Shown here in pieces: positions 29,768-36,766 of a stretch of DNA of 64,000 bases. The stretch is from assembly GCA_040387635.1 (NCBI GenBank), contig JAZKDJ010000001.1:387193-451192 (forward strand). The letters are read 5' to 3'. The stretch is from Patescibacteria group bacterium. GTDB taxonomy: Bacteria > Patescibacteriota > Minisyncoccia > Phycocordibacterales > PALSA-1337. Under the pieces are notes generated by a model, which was given only the letters and a program-made list of their open reading frames with translations, had not been told where the DNA came from and searched no databases. How positions within the stretch are numbered: position 1 is the stretch's first letter; each line of letters opens with the position of its first letter. The translations under genes were made by a program, and so were the position numbers.

Positions 29768-30964
29768 ATGAAAAATATAAACCAAATATTAAATGCTGCA
29801 GTATTGAGTCTCATACTACTTTTCATCGTCTCATGTGGCATATCAATGTCTATGCCACCAGTGGCATCTGCACAACCCAAAGAAACTACATACACTCTTT
29901 TAGAGCCATTACCTTGCATCCCTGGTGCACAACAAAACTGTGAGAACGGTTCTCTCAAAAAAGTAGACCTGAACTCATACATAAGTTATCTCTTTAAATT
30001 TTCAATTGCTCTCGCTGCATTCCTCGCTGTGGTCATGATTATTATCGGAGGTTTCCAGTATGTTACAAGCGACATCCCAGGCATGAAGGGAAATGCTAAG
30101 GAGAAAATTTGGAATGCTGTTTGGGGACTTGTTATGGTCTTCGCTTCATACCTTATCCTCTACACTATCGATCCAAGACTCGTATCTGTTCAAACCAACA
30201 TCGAGCAAATTCAGGCACCAGTTCGTTTCTTACCGCATGAATACCAGAATTCTATTTCTCAAATAAATACTGAAATTAAATCTCTTGAAGAAAATGCTGC
30301 TGCACTAGAAGCTCGGGCACAAACTTTGAAGACTGAAGCTCTTGATCCATTCCTAACAGGGGAGGAGGTGAAAGCAAAGCTTGACGAGGCTGCACTCAAG
30401 GAAAGCGAAGCTAAGGACGTACGCGCACGAGTAGTGGATATTAGAATCGATAAAATCAACGAGACAGAATTAAGACTTGTTGAAGCAGTATTGGACCGAA
30501 ATGTTGACGAGTCTCTTACAGATGAACAGCGCCAAGCTATTGCATTTGCTCGTCAGCGACTATCAACTAATTACGACGAAGCTGTTAGGGATATGTGGGC
30601 TCTTGGTAAAGGAAACGAAGCTACAAACTTGAGCCAAGAAAAAATAATAAACACAGTGATTGTAGATGAAACTCTACGAGCTGAAGATATGATAAGAACT
30701 GTTAAGCCTGACGATGCATCAGTAGAGAACATCCGCGCAACACAACAACTCTATCTCAGCCTTAAATACAACGAAACTGTTCCTCCAGAGATCACCGTTC
30801 CAGAATTACAGCAGGACTACTTAGAAAAAAGACAGGCTATAGCAGAAAGAATGTACGTCCACCAAGATGAGTTTCTGCCAGTTGGTGAAGCTCGAGAAAA
30901 GTTGATAGAAGATTACAGAAGGTTACACCCAGCACCAGTACAACAGCAGCCACCTCAACAATAA
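29768..30964 (+). CDS. T4SS pilin-domain protein with a long coiled-coil C-terminal extension
   Basis: 398 aa with a signal peptide (..PPVASAQ) and a two-helix hairpin, FSIALAAFLAVVMIIIGGFQYVTSDIPGMKGNAKEKIWNAVWGLVMVFASYLILYTIDPRL. As I recall, that hairpin matches the VirB2/TrbC-like pilin pattern seen in CPR genomes. It is followed by ~250 aa of Glu/Ala/Lys-rich coiled coil. Confidence 0.65.
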   Translation: MKNINQILNAAVLSLILLFIVSCGISMSMPPVASAQPKETTYTLLEPLPCIPGAQQNCENGSLKKVDLNSYISYLFKFSIALAAFLAVVMIIIGGFQYVTSDIPGMKGNAKEKIWNAVWGLVMVFASYLILYTIDPRLVSVQTNIEQIQAPVRFLPHEYQNSISQINTEIKSLEENAAALEARAQTLKTEALDPFLTGEEVKAKLDEAALKESEAKDVRARVVDIRIDKINETELRLVEAVLDRNVDESLTDEQRQAIAFARQRLSTNYDEAVRDMWALGKGNEATNLSQEKIINTVIVDETLRAEDMIRTVKPDDASVENIRATQQLYLSLKYNETVPPEITVPELQQDYLEKRQAIAERMYVHQDEFLPVGEAREKLIEDYRRLHPAPVQQQPPQQ

Positions 30965-30966
30965 CT

Positions 30967-32268
30967 ATGGAATACAAACCTCGCACAGGACTAATAGTCA
31001 CCATACTGATACTCCTCGCTATCCTTGCGACCGGGGTTTACTATTTCTACATCAAGGAACCTGCACCAACAGGAACAGGAACCAATCAACCAACACTCCA
31101 AAATCCTTTCAAACCTTTACCATCTACTGACACAAAAAATCCTCAACAGGTAACTACAGTAGATCCTATCGCCACATCAACTGATTCTAGTAATGCGCAG
31201 CCAATAATTCTTCCTAAGCTTCGTAAGCTTGCTGAAGGACCTATATCAGGAGCAATAGCGACATCTACCTTCGATGGTCTAGCGATACGTTATGTTGATA
31301 GGGGATTGGGTCATATCTATGAGATCCTCGCCACATCATCAAAGATCACAAAGCTTTCAAATGTAACCGTTCCACATGTGTATGAAGCCTATTGGGCATC
31401 AAATGCCGGCGAGGTGTTGCTTCGATATCTACGAGATGAGGCAGCCGCTCCAACTGATACGATCTTGAAGATTACAGCAGAGAAAAAGAAAGTACCTATC
31501 TACGCAGAAGGATCGGCTTCAACAACAATTGGAACTACAACAGTGATGGTATACACTCCTTCAACACAAGCTCTAGGACTAAGCCCTCTTACAAGCGTAA
31601 TTTCACCTCTTGGAAAGAGTTTTTCAATTTTCCTTGAGGGAGTGAATGGTGTCGGATATGTTTCTCCAATTAACTCACTCAAGAAAACAAAGATCTTGGA
31701 TTCTCCAATAACTGGCTGGTTAACACAATGGCCAACTGAATCAACTATCACACTCACAACCAAGCCTCTCTCATCCACTTCTGGTTACTTGTTCTTTTTG
31801 GATGCAAAAACTGGAAGCATGAAGAGGATTCTAAGCTCAATAAAAGGACTAACTACACTCACCAACAGCATGCTCGATCGAGTATTGTATGCTGAATATA
31901 ATTCCAACACTGTTGTTACGAAAATCTTAAATCTCAAAGACAATACGACGGTAACAACATTGTATAAAACTCTTCCAGAGAAATGTGTGTGGAGCAAAAT
32001 TGATCGATACTCACTATACTGTGCAATCCCAATCGATATGCCAGGAACTCAATATCCTGACAAATGGTACACAGGGGAGATGAGCTTCAATGATCAAGTG
32101 TGGTATATAAACACACAAACATCAGATGTAGAGCTCCTTTCAAGCCCACTCAAGGATACAGGACAGAATCTAGATGCGATTGAGCTTTCCCTAGACCCTA
32201 AGGAACAAGTGCTTATATTTACAAACAAGAAAGACCTTAGTTTGTGGATGATCGATTTGACTCGATAG
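30967..32268 (+). CDS. Hypothetical membrane-anchored protein with a beta-rich ectodomain
   Basis: 433 aa with an N-terminal TM (GLIVTILILLAILATGVYYFYI), a Thr/Pro linker and a repetitive beta-strand-like C-terminal domain that may be a propeller. This is the last gene of the block. Confidence 0.6.
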   Translation: MEYKPRTGLIVTILILLAILATGVYYFYIKEPAPTGTGTNQPTLQNPFKPLPSTDTKNPQQVTTVDPIATSTDSSNAQPIILPKLRKLAEGPISGAIATSTFDGLAIRYVDRGLGHIYEILATSSKITKLSNVTVPHVYEAYWASNAGEVLLRYLRDEAAAPTDTILKITAEKKKVPIYAEGSASTTIGTTTVMVYTPSTQALGLSPLTSVISPLGKSFSIFLEGVNGVGYVSPINSLKKTKILDSPITGWLTQWPTESTITLTTKPLSSTSGYLFFLDAKTGSMKRILSSIKGLTTLTNSMLDRVLYAEYNSNTVVTKILNLKDNTTVTTLYKTLPEKCVWSKIDRYSLYCAIPIDMPGTQYPDKWYTGEMSFNDQVWYINTQTSDVELLSSPLKDTGQNLDAIELSLDPKEQVLIFTNKKDLSLWMIDLTR

Positions 32269-32992
32269 CGTAGTTTCGTTTGACCCAATAGTCTTGAGCG
32301 AGAGTGAATAGGTTGTTAACTATCCAATAGAGAGCAACAACGGCTGAGAGCTTATAGGCCATGAAGAAGATGACGACAGGGAAGATATACTTCATCTGTA
32401 CTGACATTGATCTCTGTAGGTCCTCTTGAAAATTCGGAGCATCTCCGAATTTTTTTGTTGAGGGAGGGGGAGGTGGCATCGTAACCTTGAAGTATAGGTA
32501 CTGAGAAACAGCAGCAAGAATCGCCATGACGATACTTTTTTGCGTTATATCAAGAATTCCAAGAAAATAAACGTTAATCTCAGGAGCAGCAACGAAAGGA
32601 TATAGTATTGCTGTATCTACTTCAGGAAGGCCGCTTCTTGTAAACACACTATAGAGACCAATAATAATTGGAAGCTGAATAAGGATAGGGAGAATTGTTG
32701 CAAATGGAGAAATCTTATTCTGCTTATAGAATTCCATTATCTTAAGCGTCTGAAGCTGCTTATCATGCTTGTACTTCGCCTGAAGCTCAGAAAGCTGCGG
32801 CTGAAGCTTCTTCATTCGTACTTGGTAGAGAATAGCCTTCTTGGAGAGGGGAGCGAGGATGGCTTTGACTATAATAGTGAAGAGAATGACTGCTATTCCG
32901 GCATCGAGGGCATTTGGAAGAATATCAATGATTCCGATAAGTCCGTTATAGAGCGGTTTGTAAATAAACGTTGAATATAAATAAGAAAACAT
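32237..32992 (-). CDS. yidC: Membrane protein insertase YidC (short form)
   Basis: 251 aa: KKLQPQLSELQAKYKHDKQLQTLKIMEFYKQNKISPFATILPILIQLPIIIGLY, in the classic position upstream of rnpA-rpmH. Confidence 0.9.
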   Translation of the reverse strand: MFSYLYSTFIYKPLYNGLIGIIDILPNALDAGIAVILFTIIVKAILAPLSKKAILYQVRMKKLQPQLSELQAKYKHDKQLQTLKIMEFYKQNKISPFATILPILIQLPIIIGLYSVFTRSGLPEVDTAILYPFVAAPEINVYFLGILDITQKSIVMAILAAVSQYLYFKVTMPPPPPSTKKFGDAPNFQEDLQRSMSVQMKYIFPVVIFFMAYKLSAVVALYWIVNNLFTLAQDYWVKRNYAIESNRSSTN

Positions 32993-33001
32993 TGATCTAT
33001 T

Positions 33002-33382
33002 TTATCCTCTTTTGACAATTATGCCAGCTTTTATCATGAGTTCTTCTACGTATTCAATAATCTGTTCATAGGTAGCGTCGAGAACAGTTGGTTTCCAGAT
33101 AATAATTGCCCAGGCTGAGCGCTCATCTGAGGCTTGTAGCTCATAATCATCTGATTTAAGAATGTCGTGAATGGCTTCGAACGTCTGTCGTCTGATTTTA
33201 TTCCTAACTACAGCCAGTTTAGAGACTTTTTTAGGAACATTAACAGCCCATAGGCTTGAACCTACATCCTCCCCGGAAACAAACAAAAGCCTTAATGTGG
33301 CTTTTGTGCTGTGGTTAAGCGTTCCTTTGTCGAAGGCGCGCTGATATTGTTCTGTTGTAAGACGCTTGGAGCGTGAAAGCAT
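33002..33382 (-). CDS. rnpA: Ribonuclease P protein component
   Basis: 126 aa: LSRSKRLTTEQYQRAF...KLAVVRNKIRRQTFEA, adjacent to rpmH. Confidence 0.88.
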   Translation of the reverse strand: MLSRSKRLTTEQYQRAFDKGTLNHSTKATLRLLFVSGEDVGSSLWAVNVPKKVSKLAVVRNKIRRQTFEAIHDILKSDDYELQASDERSAWAIIIWKPTVLDATYEQIIEYVEELMIKAGIIVKRG

Positions 33383-33386
33383 ACTA

Positions 33387-33524
33387 CTAAACGATTGAAA
33401 CTCGTCGTCGGCCCTTAGTTCGTCGTCGTTTTATAACCTTTCGTCCTGTAGCTGTGCGGCTTCGCACAAGAAAGCCGTGCGTTCGTGCGCGCTTTCGTTT
33501 CTTGGATTTGTAAGTGATTGCCAT
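33387..33524 (-). CDS. rpmH: 50S ribosomal protein L34
   Basis: Absent from the ORF track because it is too short. Reverse translation gives [45 protein letters not shown] (45 aa). Confidence 0.92.
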   Translation of the reverse strand: MAITYKSKKRKRARTHGFLVRSRTATGRKVIKRRRTKGRRRVSIV

Positions 33525-33641
33525 AGTCACACCACTCTACATTAGAAATAATAAAAAATCAACACTTTTTATTTCTTACAGATTTTTAATGAACTTTTGT
33601 GAAAAAACTTCATCTTCGAAAATTTATTGTGAATTTTTTAG

Positions 33642-33718
33642 TTTTCCACACGTTATGAACATACATATTACGCTTACACAAGTGTCACGATTTTTAAACA
33701 GGTATATACTTATCCACA
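33642..33718 (+). promoter_or_regulatory. DnaA boxes upstream of dnaA
   Basis: TTTTCCACA (33642-33650) and perfect TTATCCACA (33710-33718) in the AT-rich rpmH-dnaA spacer. Confidence 0.5.
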
Positions 33719-33759
33719 TATCAGTAAATTTTATCAAATTTATTTTCTCCTCAATAAGT

Positions 33760-35115
33760 ATGAATGACTATAGTAAACTTTGGGAAGACGTACTTGGTGA
33801 AATGGAAATTGCCGTTTCTCCCGCTATCTTCGCGACATGGTTTAGAGGGACATTCATTCTAAAAATAGACGAAGGGTCAGTTCATCTCGGTGTTCCAAGC
33901 ACATTCTGTCTAGAATGGCTCAGAGAGAAGCATCACAATTCAATTTTGCGTATTCTTAGAGAGCGAAATACTGAAGTAAGATCGCTTCATTACGTCATTA
34001 TCAAAGAAGGGGACAAGAGGAAGGATGACCGAAATACGAAGAAGAATAACCTTCAAATGCCTACTATTACGCTTCCTATTCAGGATCATTACGTGAATAA
34101 GGATGATAATCTCAATCCTCGCTATACATTTGAGACATTTGTTGTTGGTCCATTCAACGAACTAGCTCACGCAGCATCACTTGCGACAGCAAACACACCA
34201 GGAATGGTCTACAACCCTCTATTTATCTATGGAAATACTGGTCTCGGTAAGACTCACCTCATGCAAGCAGTAGGAAACAAGATAAAACAGCTGCATCCAC
34301 AGAAAAAAATCTTCTACCTTACATCAGAAAAGTTCGGTTCTGAGTATTTAGAGTCACTACAAAACAACAAAGCCCAGCAATTCAAAGAGAAATACAGAAA
34401 ATATGACGTCATAATCATGGACGACATCCAATTTTTCTCAAGCAAGGAGAAATTCCAAGAAGAATTGTTCCATTTGTTCAATACTTTCCACAATACCAAT
34501 CGTCAGTTGATCTTCTCATCAGATAAGCATCCACATATGATCCCAAGCCTTGAGGATCGTCTCAGATCGAGGTTTAGTGCTGGAATGATCATTGATATAC
34601 CTTTACCTGATCAAGAGTCTAGGACGGCCATATTGAGGGCTAAGTGCAATCTCAGCAATATTCACCTAAATGATGAGGTAATTGAGTTCCTAGCTACATC
34701 TATCCAATCAAATGTTAGGGAATTGGAAGGGGTAATTAACGTTGTGGCATGCCAAACTCAGCTCAAAGGACGGCCACTTTCTCTTCTTGAGATCAAAAAC
34801 CTTCTCAAAAACACCTCAAAACCTAAGAAAAACGCCTCTGTTAAGGAAGTTGTTAAGATTATTTCAGACTTTTACAATATTCGAGAGGAAGCTATCTACG
34901 ACAAAACACGAAAAAAGGAGGTGGTTAAGCCACGCCAGATGATTATGTACGTCCTAAGAGAGGATTTTAACGTATCTTTCCCCTCAATTGGTGAGAAACT
35001 TGGCGGCCGCGACCATACTACAGTCATTCACTCCTGCGAAAAGATCAAAGAAGACCTCAAAAACAACTCCATCCTTGGTCAGGAACTTTCTCAGATCCGA
35101 GCCTTGATAGGGTAG
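33760..35115 (+). CDS. dnaA: Chromosomal replication initiator protein DnaA
   Basis: The track ORF begins at 33514, but the conserved N-terminus is MNDYSKLWEDVLGEMEIAVSPAIFATWF (ATG at 33760). It has Walker A GNTGLGKTHLM, MDDIQF and a C-terminal box-binding domain (GGRDHTTVIH). Confidence 0.93.
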   Translation: MNDYSKLWEDVLGEMEIAVSPAIFATWFRGTFILKIDEGSVHLGVPSTFCLEWLREKHHNSILRILRERNTEVRSLHYVIIKEGDKRKDDRNTKKNNLQMPTITLPIQDHYVNKDDNLNPRYTFETFVVGPFNELAHAASLATANTPGMVYNPLFIYGNTGLGKTHLMQAVGNKIKQLHPQKKIFYLTSEKFGSEYLESLQNNKAQQFKEKYRKYDVIIMDDIQFFSSKEKFQEELFHLFNTFHNTNRQLIFSSDKHPHMIPSLEDRLRSRFSAGMIIDIPLPDQESRTAILRAKCNLSNIHLNDEVIEFLATSIQSNVRELEGVINVVACQTQLKGRPLSLLEIKNLLKNTSKPKKNASVKEVVKIISDFYNIREEAIYDKTRKKEVVKPRQMIMYVLREDFNVSFPSIGEKLGGRDHTTVIHSCEKIKEDLKNNSILGQELSQIRALIG

Positions 35116-35403
35116 GAACCTCGTGGGGTCCATTAAGTGGATAACCTGTGAATTGCATGTTGGTTAACTTGTGGGTAGAGTGGGGTATAGACAGTGGATA
35201 ACTTGGGGGTAAGAAGTTAATAAATAATTGAATAATTCTTGAGGGAAACTTTATCCAACTATTTATAGACTATTCCCCACAGCTTATAGGAAAAATAAAT
35301 CCTGAAATCCCATTGGTAGAAAAAGATATTCTGGGGTTACCCACATATCCACAGTCCTAATAATAGTAATAGATTTTATATAAATTAAAGAATACTAATA
35401 CTT
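35116..35403. other. Predicted oriC (DnaA-box cluster plus AT-rich unwinding element) between dnaA and dnaN
   Basis: AGTGGATAA at 35136-35144 and 35193-35201, TTATCCAAC at 35251-35259, TTACCCACA at 35337-35345 and ATATCCACA at 35345-35353. An almost pure A/T stretch follows at 35359-35403. Confidence 0.7.
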
Positions 35404-36504
35404 ATGAAAGTAGAATGCGTACAGGAGAAAATTAAAAATGCTATCGGATTAGCTGAAAGAATCGCTGGTAAGAATATGACGCTACCTGTTCTCTCGTGTG
35501 TGCTTTTGATTGCAGATAAGAGCAACCTAACAATCAGGTCTACTAACTTGGATCTTGGTATTGAGATAATAGTTCCAGCAAAAGTTGAAGTTGAGGGATC
35601 TGTTGCTGTTCCTGGAGGTATTCTTAATAACCTTCTTGGAACTCTAGGACGAGAAAAGACTGTAGTTCTAGAAGTAGAGGGAGGTAATCTCAAAGTCAGC
35701 GCTCAGAAAACATCGAGCGTTGTTAAGGCTGTTCCTCACGAGGATTTTCCAATCATTCCTAAGGTTGAAGAAGAATCTGTGTACACCATCAAGGCTATGG
35801 ATATCTCTCAGGGCCTTAAATCCGTTGTTTATAGCGCTTCTTTGTCAGCTGTGAAGCCTGAACTATCTAGTGTTTATATGTATTGCGAAGCTGACTACGT
35901 AGTTTTCGTTGCTACAGACTCCTTCCGATTGGCTGAGAAGAAAGTTCGTGTTAAGAAAGATAAGGAATTTAGCCCAATCATTATTCCACTAAGAAATGTT
36001 CCTGAGCTCATCAAGATTTTAGACACGATGCATGATGATGTTACTTTGGTTGTAAGTAGGAACCAAATCGCTTTCTCTTATAAAGGCTTATACGTCGTTT
36101 CAAGAGTGGTTGATGGAGTTTTCCCAGACTACCGTCAAATCATTCCTAAAGAAGCTACTACAGAAGCTACAGCCCTTACACAAGACATTCAGGATACACT
36201 TAAGGTCTCAACAATCTTCTCTGATAAATTTAATCAAGTAAATATTTCAGTTGATCCAAAAACTAAGACCTGTATTTTTAAAACAAAAAATAATGATGTT
36301 GGTGAGATTGAGAAAGCAATAGATGCAACAATCGAAGGAGAGCCTATCGCAATTAACTTCAACCATCGATATATTTCTGATTGCCTTCAGTCTATAGAAG
36401 GGGATAGCTTAACTCTTAAATTTACTACGTTGAATCGACCTATGGTCATCAAATCAGTATCTGACCCAACATTTACTTATCTCGTAATGCCAATGAATAG
36501 GTAG
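35404..36504 (+). CDS. dnaN: DNA polymerase III beta sliding clamp
   Basis: 366 aa: MKVECVQEKIKNAIGLAERIAGKNMTLPVLSCVLL...NRPMVIK...YLVMPMN. Confidence 0.93.
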   Translation: MKVECVQEKIKNAIGLAERIAGKNMTLPVLSCVLLIADKSNLTIRSTNLDLGIEIIVPAKVEVEGSVAVPGGILNNLLGTLGREKTVVLEVEGGNLKVSAQKTSSVVKAVPHEDFPIIPKVEEESVYTIKAMDISQGLKSVVYSASLSAVKPELSSVYMYCEADYVVFVATDSFRLAEKKVRVKKDKEFSPIIIPLRNVPELIKILDTMHDDVTLVVSRNQIAFSYKGLYVVSRVVDGVFPDYRQIIPKEATTEATALTQDIQDTLKVSTIFSDKFNQVNISVDPKTKTCIFKTKNNDVGEIEKAIDATIEGEPIAINFNHRYISDCLQSIEGDSLTLKFTTLNRPMVIKSVSDPTFTYLVMPMNR

Positions 36505-36505
36505 T

Positions 36506-36766
36506 ATGAAGGATATTTCCTCACTCTTTGAGAAAATAAAGAGGATTTACGATAAGGAAGTAGGGATAATCGGCGTTGTCGCTGAAGCAGTTAAAAAAAT
36601 AACTGGAATAACTCTTACTGCGAATCAAATAAAAGTAAAAGAAGGAGTGGTAAGTCTCTCTGGTTTAAGTTCTCATGCCAAGAATCAAATTTTTATAAAG
36701 AAAGAAAAACTGCTTCAGCATTTCACTGAAACAGTTCCTCAATTACATATTGTTGATATCCGTTAG
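36506..36766 (+). CDS. Small DUF721/DciA-like protein
   Basis: 86 aa directly after dnaN. The pattern ...IKVKEGVVSLSGLSSHAKNQIFIKKEKLLQHF...IVDIR resembles the DUF721 core (L..G.L.V.V.SS.WA.EL......I). This is a weak call based on pattern and context. Confidence 0.4.
   Translation: MKDISSLFEKIKRIYDKEVGIIGVVAEAVKKITGITLTANQIKVKEGVVSLSGLSSHAKNQIFIKKEKLLQHFTETVPQLHIVDIR

Noticed and set aside
33514-33759. 82 aa N-terminal extension of dnaA given in the ORF track
   Set aside because: The extension is AT-rich and Ile/Phe/Asn-rich, and it covers the DnaA boxes and the rpmH start. The conserved DnaA N-terminus begins at the ATG at 33760.
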